A stretch of DNA of 64,000 nt from Macrostomum lignano (taxonomy: Eukaryota): assembly GCA_002269645.1 (NCBI GenBank), contig NIVC01000573.1, positions 310,001-374,000 on the forward strand. Reading direction: 5' to 3'. The position numbers and the translations under genes were made by a program. The notes under the pieces are model-generated. The model was not told the DNA's origin. It did not search any database and saw only the letters and a list, made by a program, of their open reading frames with translations. Below, one piece after another: positions 47,380-59,990 of this stretch (position 1 is its first letter; each line of letters starts with the position of its first letter).

Positions 47380-50041
47380 TTCTGCTGATGCTTGATGGCT
47401 AGGAGTTTCTGATTACAGCTGTGTTTGTTTCACTGGTGTGAATCAGTAGGGCCTGTAGTGCAGTTTTAAATTCACTTTTCTTTATCTATTCTTTTGGCAT
47501 CCCTGCGTGTACATGCATGTCGCTCATGAAAATACACTTGTTTGGCTTATATACAATTAGCGCTTGAAGCAAGCAGAAAAGTTTAGTTTCCAAACTGTCT
47601 TGCATTAATTTCTCGTTGCAAAATAAAGCCATGTACGTGTAGACGAAGTCAGTGCTACAGTATATTTGAAATATGCTATCTAAGGGACATATTTGGTTTA
47701 GCCAACAACACATTGCCGATACCATCAGCCCAGAATTTCGACTTGTTCGTAAGCGCTGCTGACTTGAAAAATGTTTATGCATTTTACATACACACTGCTG
47801 TATGCAACAAATATTCGAATTTGTCAGCGTCAGAAACCCGCAGCCTACTACATTGTGCATGTATCGCTATTGCATCGATCTAAACGATTTAGATCGATGT
47901 TCATGTACATGTATATAGTTCGACGCAGAAAGCTTTATAGCTTGTTGAAACAAAACTAAAATTATGCATATCATCATGTCTTCAAGATACATGTAAAATT
48001 GGCAACAGGCTATATAGCCGACTAATTAAAAGTTTCTCTCCTGCAAAAACTAAACCGATAACCAAGCTCAATGAATGAAGGGACTGAACTTGACATTCAT
48101 GATCCGTTTACATGTATACATGCATCTACATGTATCACATCCAATTGAAATATTTTTATTTATTCTTCGAGTCTTCCATGCAGTCTCCAACAAAATATCT
48201 TCCGGGGATCGTGTACGTGAGGTTGTGTAGTGTACAACATGACGTTAATATATAATTATTACATCACCAGGGACAACTAAAACACTTGTTTCAATTACTA
48301 AAAAACACTTGTTTTAATTAGTTGTCGACGTCCCTGTACATATTTTTATATAGCAGCTCTTGTATCATGTTAGACGAGCTGATTATTTAATTTATGAAAT
48401 TTAAACGTCTTACTTCGTGAGAATACTCTGACAGACAAATTTTTACAAGATTGAAATTTTGTAGATACTGAACACATGACGTACATGCATACATGCACTA
48501 GCTGTATAGCTACGGGTAAAGCTATAGGGCTCGGTATACATTCCCTATAGGGTGACGAGGGAGGTGAAATTCTCTTGGCCTCCTTACAATTTTATCCCCC
48601 CCGTTGATCGTCAAGTACCAAAATTCTGACAACGCGGCCATGCAAACGCATGCGCACTATGTATATTTGGTCTAGCTCAGCTGGCAAAAATACCAAACAA
48701 AAATTTTGAAACCATTTTTGGGTGCGCTTTAGTTTGATAGAATGACGTGAATTGTTTTTAGAAGACTTTCATTTCGAGTGGGCACTATAGTACGGTGTCT
48801 GTGTAACATACTAAAAAATCTTCGGTGCGTGTACACTCTTCGTTGTAAAAAAAACAGATTTAAAACAAAAAGTAGAATGCATTATGCCAAAACCAAATAG
48901 TTAGTTTAAAAACCGCTAACATGGTTTTAGATTTTTCTTAGCAAAGTTACTTTTGCCCTATGAAAAGATGTCTGCTTAGCTTTACTTAGTGCAGCTTCAT
49001 CGTTTCTATTACCTTTTAACGTAGTCTTACGAAAACTTATTCATTCATTCATTTATCCATTCATTTATGGATAAATATTAGATACATAGAATGAAGTTAG
49101 TAAGGAAGGCCTATAATTACTGAATTATGCATATTTGCACAGAAGGCACAAAATAATAATTACTGGATCTGTACAGTGTAGAACCGAACTCTAGATACAA
49201 TCATACTATTGTCTGTTGTATTGTAATTAGAATAGATAAACAATACTCGAAGTATTTATAGCTAAATAGGTAATAGCTATAATGAAAAATAAATTTATGT
49301 ATTAAATTAATGTCAAGAATAAAGTATAATAATTCAGATGTAACGCAGAATTAGTAAATCTATTTAGTCCATTCAAATATTTTTTGTCTAAATTTAAAAA
49401 AATATACAAAGAAAAAAATCGGTATTGTAATGTTGTGGATCAATATATTATTAGACATGAGCTGGGCATAAAAAATAAATCATATGAGATTCTTGGAAAA
49501 CTTAAACAATTGAAAGAGAAGTTATACTTAAAATACTTCAGATATAGTAAAGAAACTAAAAAGCTATGTTTTCTAGATGAAATTACACTGTCAAGCTTTG
49601 AAAGACTTCCAGTCAAATATGTAATAGTACAGTAATACTGATATATATATACACTGAATTTTGTTATACTAAATTCAGTGTATACCTATTCCAACAAGGT
49701 AATAGGTATATAGGTATATATAAAATAGAAGCTCAGAGGTTTTTCATATCACCTTTTTTCCTTTGAACTTATTAATGTATACGGATAGTTCAGTACTATG
49801 AATATGATGATTGATAAATATTTGTTAGTGTTTTTTTATTTCTTGTTTGAAATAATAATAACAAGATAAATATAGGGTCTGACAGCCTAACTCTTTGTTA
49901 AAAGTTAAAAAAAGAAAGTTAAAGTCACATTTTCAAATTTTACTGAACTATCATTGAAATATTTATTTTTATTGTTTGCAATGTAAACATTTCTTGGTAA
50001 AAATCACTTAAAATGTTTGAATACATGTTTCAGCTCAAGCT

Positions 50042-52023
50042 ATGCCAAAAGGTGGCAAGAAAGGTGGTAAAAAGGGTGGCAAGAAAGGCAGCAAGAAGTT
50101 GGGCAACAAGGCAAGCATTGCTGGGCGTTCTGATCTGCCCAAAGCTGATAGAGGTGCACCAGATTCTGGCAGCGTCCTGATGCCCAAGCCACTGCCACCA
50201 AACATACCACTGCTGGGAGAAAATGTAAGTAGCCACTGTCCTAAACTATGAAATAAATTGCGCCTTTTGATAGCACCTTTGAAAATACCATTTAAAGAAC
50301 ACTGCAGAACCATGGGGTTCCAATTTTTTAACAATTTCACCCTTGTTTTTCACTCACTACTGCAACATCCTTACTGATCCTTCTTCACAAAACATTGCAA
50401 TAAAATCACGTGACTGGTATAAAACGTGACAAAAAATCATGTACAGTGTGATCAGGGACTACTCAATACTCGGGACAGGAAACGACAAACTTGGAGGCCT
50501 ATTAATTGGTTTTTACCACAGACATCACTGACTACAAGGTAGAACGTATCGAGGTAATGCTTTTCGAGGACTAAGTTATTAATAGATCGGCCTCCAAGTT
50601 TTGTCGTTTCCCTGAGTGTGATCACCAAAAATAGACTTTAGTTGATGGCAGTGCAAATTAAATGAGCCTCAGGAGCACACTCCCGCCCCAATTTACAGAT
50701 CACAAGCCAAGAAATCTCTTTAAAATCGCATATTACGCACTTTAGTTGTCATAGTTGACTCCGAAGCCTGAGACAGTGGCGTAGGGACCACTGCACCTGT
50801 CTCTTGGTGGGCGCTCCCTGTCTGTAGGTCGGTCGATGCGATGCCCAACAAGTGACAACTGTTCAGCGCCTGTAATTTGTCGAGCTTTGGTTATACAAAT
50901 TTGTACATATACATGTAGCTCCGCGGCACTTTAATCGGTACGCACAGGTTTTATGCAAAGGCACAGTTTTAGTTTATAAAAATAGCAAATGCATGTGACA
51001 GTGACACTGCAAAACGCCACATCCCATAGCTTCTGCACGTGTTAAAAACACACGAAGTCGAGGAGAAAGAGCTGCACAACATGAAAATTGGGGTACGGGC
51101 CCTGGATGAGCTCACGCCGCAGGAGATTCGCGACCTCAAGCTAGTGTTTGACGTGTTCGACTCAGATCTAGACGGGTGAGGCCCGGAGTTATTTTAAGCT
51201 CAAGCTAGTTAGAAGCTATAGGCTTGCAAAAATGCCTGCTCATTCCATGCAGAAATCTGAGTCTGGCCGAAGTCCGTCTGGCCCTGCGAGCTCTGGGCTT
51301 CAAGACCGACATGGACCAGGTGCACAAGATGGCGACCGAGCTTAACAAAGGGCTTGTGTGAGTTTGGGTGTTGGGTGCATTGAGGTTGATGTATAGTGCA
51401 GATACTGAATGCACACAGTAAGGACGAGTGTTTGGTTTGGTGGAACGAACCAGCAGAGTTCCCAAGGCAGTTAATAATGGCCATTCGGGCCATCCCAACA
51501 ATCCATTCCAGCGCCACTGACTTCAACGCATTTCTAAACTTTGTCATCGACCGACAAGGCGACGTGAGGGACCTGCACGACGAGATCGTGCTGGGATTCA
51601 AGCACTTCGACTTGGGTAAGAATTGAAGCAACAAAGGTTGTTGCGTTATCATGCAATTTCTCTGCAGGAAGGCCGGTTATCGTTGCAAAATGCACCAGCA
51701 AGATAAAGCTACATGTAGAAGCTATCGACTTCTGTAAACAGATTTTCTCAAGATATTCAGAAGTTCAGAAGGTGGGATTTAATGCTCAAACCTGAAAACG
51801 TCATCAAGCTAGTCAAGCTAGCCTCCTCTCCTGCATCCCGAACGCAGATGGCACCGGCAAGGTGACCCTGGCCAACCTGAAGAAGCTCTGCCGTGACTAC
51901 AAAGTGCGCATACCGGACTCTGAGCTGGAGGAGATGATCCAGGAAGCCGACACCAACGGCGACAATGCAGTCGATGTTGAAGAGTTCGTCAAGGTCATGA
52001 TGCAGACTCACATGTACAGCTAG
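50042..52023 (+). CDS. Centrin/caltractin-like EF-hand protein with basic N-terminal extension, 5 exons, about 237 aa
   Basis: Exons 50042-50224, 51030-51175, 51253-51357, 51512-51615, 51848-52023, phases consistent (714 nt). EF loops DSDLDGNLSLAE, DLDGTGKVTLAN, DTNGDNAVDVEE; centrin-like ALRALGF and EEMIQEAD. AATAAA at 52303. Confidence 0.88.
50453..50614. mobile_element. hAT-type MITE (162 bp) with 8-bp TSD in EF-hand gene intron 1
   Basis: AGTGTGAT at 50445-50452 and 50615-50622; ends CAGGGA...TCCCTG; internal inverted GGAAACGACAAA(A)CTTGGAGGCC. Confidence 0.85.
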
Positions 52024-52496
52024 ACTGCAGACGAATGTGGCTATAGAATTGACGATTGAGCTAATGAGATATTTTTCATGACGTCACTTCAGGTGCAAAA
52101 TTGAGACTACCCTGCTCTCTTCCCACTCCAATGGGCGGGCCGGTCTCAGTGTTGCTGTGAAAATTTTACAATTACCTTTCCGTCCAGGTTTGTGATAAAC
52201 TGCTGAACTAAGACAACCGAATTTCCCCTGCCACCTTGTAAAATGCACTTGCACAATCCATGCTTTAACTCTTAAACCGCGTTTCTTGCTTACAAATTGC
52301 CAAATAAAGACATTCGCCCAGACGTTCCTCTTGACTTGATAATTAAATGACAATCTTTCCGATTTCTGAGTTCTCATTTTTAATTAACCTGTCACTTGCA
52401 ATACACTGGAAGCGTAACGGTTTATTAAGACTGACAGCAGCCAACCAACATGTACGGTATGAATTATGAAACTCTACAGTCTACACGCAAGTCATG

Positions 52497-55400
52497 TCAC
52501 TCAGCTTCTTCTCTGTCAGGAGTTCGAGTTCGTTTCCGCTTCATCTTAACCGCTTTGACAACTGAGCCGCTGGGGGTCTCCAGCTCCGCCTCTTTCTCGC
52601 GCCTTCGCTTTTTCGCCTTTTTACTCTTTTTCGTTGATTCGACAGCTGCTCCCGCTGATTCGGTCGTCGAGTCGCTGCCGCCTGTCTGGAGGTCCTGAGC
52701 TCGAACCCGGGCGAGTTTGCCCGACAGACTCAAGCCGAATCTGGCGGCGCAGTGAGCCGTGCGACCGCCGCAGGCCGCCAGCAGATCCGCGTCCGACGGT
52801 GTCCGCGGCAGATGAGCTGGCACCGGGAGCTCTGCCGGCGACGGGGCTGCACCCGACGGCTGCTCGCGGCCGTCGCAAAGGACGGCGCTGGCCGCGGAGA
52901 AGGCCGTGCCGTAGGGCCGGCCCAGAACGGGCGCCGCGGTTGCCGGTGCGGCAGTGGCTGTTGCGGGCGAGGCGGAGGCGCCGGCCGCTCGGTTGAAGGC
53001 GTCCATCCACCAGCCCGAGCAGAGGCGCTCAGACTCTTTGAAGCCCATCTTCAGGTGATTTTGGGGGTGACGCATTGTAGCTGCATTATTAATTTTTTAG
53101 GGTCATGAAGTGCACTGCACACTGAGCCAGACAGGGGAATTTGGCAAGTCCCAAGTTGAGCGCCAAGCTTAGCTAGGGCACTTTGTGCTCAAGTCAAGCC
53201 ATCTCAAGCAGTAATCTTTCAGTTTTTTGATAAGAGAAACTCAAACTCATCATTATTCAGGCTAAGCATTAAAAACGTCAGGGACAATTGAGCTCATGAA
53301 TACAAGCCAATTAAATTTGAAGTAATAAAAAGTTGACTTACACCTTCAGTGCCAATCTTCAGTTTCGGCTTAATTGGCTCCACGATTCCATTTCCAGACT
53401 TGCCAATTGCAGTTCCTAAGGTAATTAAGATGATAATTATCATTAGGCATTGGGTAGTCTTAACAAGGAATGACTGCAATTAACATGTAATCAAATTATA
53501 TTAAATACAAGGGAATATATGGTAGTAGAAACTAAAAACATTTATTTATAGGCCTAAGTAATAGAAAAAAAACAAATATTATAAGTTTCATTGAAGCAAC
53601 ATATGGAGGTTTTTTAGACAGAATATATAGATATAGACTAGGTTTTTTAAGGTTGGAAATCCAGTTGCCATTTAGCCCTTAAGGCTCAAAATCCAGTTGC
53701 CAATGGCTATTTTTGGTTGCCCATTGGCAACTAGGCCTAGCCAAATTCTCGAGTATGTTTCCGAGGCTATGTTTGAAAAGCAGAAATTTTTTCTTGCAAC
53801 TCTAAGATTGCTATATATGCTGCAAACAATAAAAAACTAACAATTCCATCATATTGATTCATATGGCACTTTTATTATATTTACAAAATCATTTTTTTAA
53901 ATTGGCAACTGGCATGGGGAAAATGAAGTTGTCAGATATGCCTCTGATGCCAAAAATCCAGTTTCCAGTGAGATTTTCAAGGGGCCTATATGGCCTCAAA
54001 AACCTAGGATATAGATATCATTATAAAAACATAATTTCCTGTATGGGTATATCTAGTAAACCACTGGAGCCCTTGAGTTCATAGGTGATTGATTTCGATT
54101 TTTTACAGCAAAGGCCACCTTCTTAAGTATGGCATTATCATTTTCTAGTGTGCATTAGTAGCTTTACTATAGGGTGGATCAATAGGTCTAAAATAAACTT
54201 CAGCTAGATATCTTATCTCAAAACTAGGATCATTGAGGCGATAATAGTATATTTAGTATAAGAACAAGATAGCCACAACTTTCATAATATTTATACATAC
54301 TCTCTTTACTATACTTACTCTACCATGTCTACTCTTTTTATTGTTTAATATCATATCCACTCTCTGGTAGAGATATCAAATCAACCAAATATTCTATTTG
54401 AATCAGAGTAAAAAAGTCAAAGAACCCAAGAATACCTAGGACTAACAGAAGCACCCTTTATAAGAGCAAAATATAAATATAGGAATAGGATAATGCCATA
54501 GGACTGCTTGGGCCAGCAGATAAATATAGTCACTACCAATAGATAAATAATGAATTCTGCAGCTAGTTGGTATGCAGTCGCAGAAGCCTTACTTGTTGTT
54601 AAGCCTGGATATAAAGGCATAACAATACATGCTACCAGAAGCATATATGCATATTCATGCAATATCTATAAAATTATAAACATTAGGAACTAGTAGAACA
54701 ACCTTTGGTAGTGTTCTGCTATAAGGGGGGTCTATGTGTCATAGCTATAGCCATAAGCAAAACTATGGCTTATTCCAATTCTCTATATTCAGTAGCCATA
54801 AGGAACTCAATATTACCATATTCTTATAATTCCTATAGCCATAGCCATAGTTTTAACAATAAGTCTAGGAAACAAACTATTTTGAATCAAGAAGATAACC
54901 TTGTGCTTAAACAACTGCAAATTAAGATGGAAATAAAACAAACACTTGATTGCCTTTGAAAGATTATATTTTATCTTTTTTAAAGAGTAACAATTTTAAT
55001 AACTACTGAAAGTACTAACGCTAAACTTTTTCACATTGATAAAAGTTAGAGTTTGCTAATGCTTTATTGTACTTTATTAGGTATAATCTATAAGTTTATA
55101 AGTCTCTAATTTAGTTTACCAAAGTATCTTTGTTTTATTCTACCTGTTTCTAATATTTTTTTTAAATTAATAACTATGGCTATGGAAATCTACTGAATAT
55201 GACAACAACTACCACATTTCCATAGTCAACCATAAGAGCAGTATCTACTATACAGTGTTAGGCACCATTAATGAAAATCTTAACTTCCATTACTTCCATT
55301 AATGGCAAAAGTGTCAACATTAAAACAAAAAATCCTAACTTATTAACTTTTAATTTTGTTAAGGTAACTAAAAGTTAATTTATAATTGTTAATAAGCATT

Positions 55401-58400
55401 AATCCATTAAAGTTAACATAGAAAATACAGAAATCTAACACTTTTTTTACATAACAGACTTTACAATGTACTGTCTGCTTTTCCATCTTTTTAATGAAAC
55501 ACAAAGATCATTTAAGCAATTTAAAAGCTAAAAAGTGATAAATAATAAGTTAAAAAACTTGTATATATATATTAGTACCAAAAGTAAACATACTGCAAAA
55601 TAATTAACTTTCTTATTTGAAACTTGAAAGGTAAATACTTAATAATAAAATACAAATAGGAAGGTTGTTTCAGTAGCATTAGCAGATATGCAGCAGAAAG
55701 TTACAAAAGATTAGGAAAGAAGTGAATTAAAGCAATTGATGCTTACACACAAGCAATAAAGTTCACAATTTTAATGCATTATTAAAGTTCATTAGTTAAG
55801 AAGTTGTTACATTTGCATGATCATTGTCATAAACAAAGAGATTAATCAAGCTACAACATTATGAAAATTCAAACATATTCATAATGTTGTAGCTTCTTTT
55901 TAGACTTATATTTTTGTTCTTTCTTTGCATCTCTGGTCATTAACATTGCCATTAACATTAACAATGAATTTGTTGTTAACTTACAAGATTATTAACACAA
56001 ATTTGTTAATCCATTAGTCCATTAATCCATTAATGGCAGTCTATTAACTTTAATGAAAAATCCTAATGCTTATTAACACTTATTAATGGACTGGTGCCCA
56101 ACATTGCTACTATAGGCATATCCATAGTTGCCATAGGCACTTATTTTACCATATTTGCCATAAGATCCCATAGCCATAGCCATAGTTACAGTAGAACACT
56201 ACTTTGGTAGTAGCAATTGAGATTTAAAGAGAGAAGTTTAGCCTTTTGACATTTTTGGTGACAGTAGCAAGATCATCTCAGAGGATAGAAATGAGCCCAG
56301 GGATAAAAAAATCACAATGGTCAATTTGGACTTACCTATGTATATGACTAATAGTATAGTATACAAATGGCAAAATCCAAAAATCTAGGATAAAACAGTA
56401 AAACAAATCTGCAGACATTTGATGGAAGGTAATATATCTAAAAGAAGCTCTTTTAAGGACAAATAAGTCTTTAAAAATATTTCTGGATAAAAACTATTGT
56501 TTTTATGCTTTACATTGTTTAATAAATGAGTAAAAAACCAGAAAAAAACATTTTAAAAGTCCAAGTTGACTGATTCACATTTTTTGTTTCACTTTTTTCA
56601 TTAATAAACAAATAATTTTAAGACTTTTAGAAATTTAAGAAGGCTCTTCTTTTACTACTTACAAAACAGAAAGTAATCTGTGTTTTACTTTTTATTTAAT
56701 TTAAAAAGCTGAAGTTTTCAAAGGATTTTTGAGTTTCTCTAAAATGATTTAACTTGCAAAGATTCATACTTATTTAAAGTGCAAAGTTTGCAGCAAAAAT
56801 CTTTCTCAAAAAGTAAATATACTGCTAATTCCTTGTTGCAAAATAATCTTCAAGTTGTTTTCTTTCATTTAAATATTAACTTGCATAGTATTAGTGTATG
56901 TAATTTACCTATATTTAGATTTAAAAAATTGGGGGAAAATGGTACTACAAAATGTGAACCTGGCATCCAAATCAAATGCTTCTTGTAGGCTTATGAGGCA
57001 ACAAAGAACAATTAAAATTACACTAAAATATGTATTATTGCGGATGTGGTGTATATGCAGGAAAAAGAATTTTCCAAAATGCTTCAGTAGAAGCTGAGTA
57101 AAATGCAATTTTCCAATCCTTTAGGAATTCTAATGTGTTACCCGGCTTCCAAATCAGATACTTAGGTGCAGGGCCCCTCCCAATTCTTTTATAAAATTGA
57201 TAATCGTATAACTCATTTTGAATGTGTGCCAAATCTTACGTGCCGAAAGGAAAACACATTTGTTATAATACACATACTTTTTTAATAATATTTTACACAA
57301 ACTAATTTTTGTTTAAACTAGCAGTATATTTTAGTATAAATAGAAGCATTTTTGGCGGAGGAGAGACCAACCTTGCACATTGCAGTTTGATAACAAGACA
57401 GTTAAAGTGAATAGTGAGAGTTCCAAGTAAACATTATTGAAGATTGTTTTCCAAGTTATTCATTTGCAGAAGAGAAGTGAAGTGGCAGAGAACATATACA
57501 GTATATACTACTAAGAAGTGGAAGTAGTAAGAGACTATAAAGTAGATCCTAAATTGATACATGAAAGAATAACCAGAGGCTGTGACCCTTTGATCTTGGT
57601 AACACCTAGGATTGGAAGTACATGCAATACATATACCAGTAAGCCAATATACCACTCAGGCTCAGGCCAGAATAATAGGAAAACAATACTTGTAAGGCCT
57701 AAATAGTATTTTAAGAACAATATACTTAGAAAAATTCTCAAATAGATACTCAGACAACTACTAAGATATATACTCAGACTAATTCCAAAAAACATTTCTT
57801 AGACTTATTCTAAGATTAATAAACTCATAATTTAGTCTTGGTAGCAGCTACCAACATTAAGACATTTAATAGAAAGAAGTATAACCCCTAGTACAACTTG
57901 GTAGCATTGTGGAATCATTTATAAAGACAGAAGTTAAGCCCTTTGACAACTTTAGTGACAGCTATAGAATCATTTGTAGAGACAGAAGAATCAGCCTTTC
58001 AACAACTTGGTGGCTAACCAGTGGGATTTCATATTATACAGGAACACTGCTAGCATAACTTTGGTGACTCAGTGGTGGGATAATTTCAGTGAGAGCAATC
58101 ATGCCTTTGACACTTACTATATGCTTGTTAAGTGATGAAAAACAATGAAATTACACTTAAATATGCATTATTGCAGCATGTGTGCAAAAAAAGAATTTTC
58201 CAAATTGCTTCAGTAGAAGCTGAGTAAAATGCAATTTTTCAATCCTTATGGGAATTTGTATGCTTAAATAATAAACTTACATTGAATACAGCATTTATTG
58301 CAAACAAACTCTACAAAATACACATTGTCAATAGTAATGAAAGTTATAAACAAATAAACCTTTAAAAAGAATGTTAAATATGTTGTAGCCTAATAGAATG

Positions 58401-59990
58401 TAATATTATGAGATACTTAAAAGTTAATAAATACATTGTTTGAGCTTTTCTATTATTTTTATTAGGCATTTTAGCCTAGGTCATAATTTATTTAACTGTT
58501 TTAACAAATAATTTTATTAAAAATAAGACTATATGTGAATAATTGGTGCCTTTATAGATGTTTTTTAACTTTTTAAAACTTAAATAAATTTATTTTTATG
58601 GCAAAATCCAAAAATTGGGGGCAAGTTTTAGTTTTATGAAAAATTGTTTTTTTGGCAATTTGAAAGCAATAAAGCTATAAAATAAATTTATTTAAGTTTT
58701 TAAAAGGTAAAAAGTCTATAAGAGCACAAATTATTTACATATAGCTTTATTTTTAATAAAATGGTTTGTTAAAACGGTAAGTTTAATTATGACCTAAAAT
58801 GACTCTAATGAAAATGATAGAAAAGCTATAATAATGTATTTTATTAACTTTAACTATCTTATAATGTTACACTATAATTCTACAACATATTCAACAATAT
58901 TTTTAAGGGTTTATTTATTTATCACTTTCATTACTCTTGACAACATATATTTTGTAGAGTTTGTTTGCAATAAATTGTATTCAATGTAAGTTTAGGCTTA
59001 TTATTTAAACATACAAATTGCCGTAAGGATTGGAAAATTGCATTTTACTCAGCTTCTACCAAAGCAATTTGGAAAATTATTTTTTCCTGTATACACGCCG
59101 CAATGATATATGTTTTAATATAATTTCATTGTTCTTTGTCACTTAATAAGCATATAGGAAACATTTGATTTGGATGCTGGGTTCACATTTTGTGGTACCA
59201 TTTTTTACCCAAAATTTTTAAGTCTAAATATAGGCATGTTACAAATACTAATACTATGCAAGTTGATATTTAAATGAAAGAAAACAACTTAAAGATTATT
59301 TTGCAACAAGGAATCAGCAATATACTCGTATTTATTTTTAGAGAAAGATGTTTGCTGGCAAACTTTGCACTTTAAATTAGTATGAATTTTCGTGAGTTTA
59401 TGTGGTTTTAGAAAAACTTTGAAATCCTTATAAATACTTCATCTTTTTAAATAGAATAAAAAGTAAAACACAGATTAATTTTTGTTTTGTAAGTAGTAAA
59501 AAAATTAGCCTTCTCTAAGGCCTACAAGTCTTAAAATTAATTGTTTAATAATAAAAAAAGTGAAACAAAAAATTGCGAATTGGTCAACTTAGACTTTTAA
59601 AATGCTTTTTTGTGGTTTTTTCTTATTTATTCAACGATATAAAGCATGAAAACAATAGTTTTTATCTAGAACTATTTTTTAAAGACCTATCTATCTATCA
59701 AAAACCTTTTTTAGATATATTACTTTCCATTGAATGTCTGCAGATTTGTTTTACCATTTCCATTTTATCCCACGTTTTTGGATTTTGCCTTATAGTTTTC
59801 TTGCTTTCAAATCGCCAAAAATGAATTTAAAAAAACCCTGATATTTGCCAAATAGACCTATATTTGGTATAAGTAAAAATAAAACCAAATAAAAAATGAA
59901 TAAATTATAACATTAATGCTCACTTCATTTACAAAACTTACCTTCTTTCCATCCCATCTTTTTTAGCAAAGTGGAACCAATTCCTGACAT
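52497..59990 (-). CDS. GPATCH4: G-patch domain-containing protein 4-like, 3 exons, about 224 aa
   Basis: Exons 59990-59942 (MSGIGSTLLKKMGWKE), 53415-53342 (GTAIGKSGNGIVEPIKPKLKIGTEG), 53048-52497 (MGF...GWWMDAFN...SDADLLAACGGRTAHCAARFGLSLSGKLARV, K-rich tail). Phases consistent (675 nt); minus-strand AATAAA at 52426-52421. Confidence 0.88.
53638..54007. mobile_element. hAT-type MITE (370 bp) with 8-bp TSD
   Basis: GATATAGA at 53630-53637 and 54008-54015; TIR CTAGGTTTTT(TAAGG/GAGG); subterminal AAATCCAGTTGCCA repeats. Confidence 0.88.
54759..54854. mobile_element. Short CTATGG/CCATAG MITE-like palindrome
   Basis: Ends AAAACTATGGCT / AGCCATAGTTTT; same end motif as the 55171-56188 element. 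Confidence 0.55.
55171..56188. mobile_element. CTATGG-family MITE (~156 bp) split by a nested hAT element
   Basis: TIR TAACTATGGCTATGG (55171) / CCATAGCCATAGTTA (56174-56188). Confidence 0.7.
55253..56106. mobile_element. Non-autonomous hAT element (854 bp) with 8-bp TSD, nested
   Basis: CTACTATA at 55245-55252 and 56107-56114; TIR CAGTGTTAGGCACCA / TGGTGCCCAACATTG. Confidence 0.88.
56369..59789. repeat. Large degenerate palindrome/foldback element in GPATCH4 intron 1
   Basis: 56369-57130 is inverted relative to ~59030-59789, and 58105-58600 is inverted relative to ~58678-59160 (roughly 80 percent identity by eye). Ends are GGCAAAATCCAAAAA / TTTTTGGATTTTGCC. Confidence 0.85.

Larger units (their letters stand above)
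42900..49400. repeat. Segmental duplication, copy B (uninterrupted)
   Basis: Colinear with 18984-33235 minus the two gypsy insertions; offset 23920 bp at the esterase and 20124 bp at the transporter. Confidence 0.93.

Noticed and set aside
57035-57706. Short ORFs in the palindrome interruption (HIQNELYDYQFYKRIGRGPAPK; EVVRDYKVDPKLIHERIT)
   Set aside because: No recognisable motif or consistent splice structure; may be decayed TE sequence.
56369-59800. Target-site duplication for the giant palindrome
   Set aside because: The flanks (atacaaat / ttatagtt) do not match, so the superfamily is not assigned.
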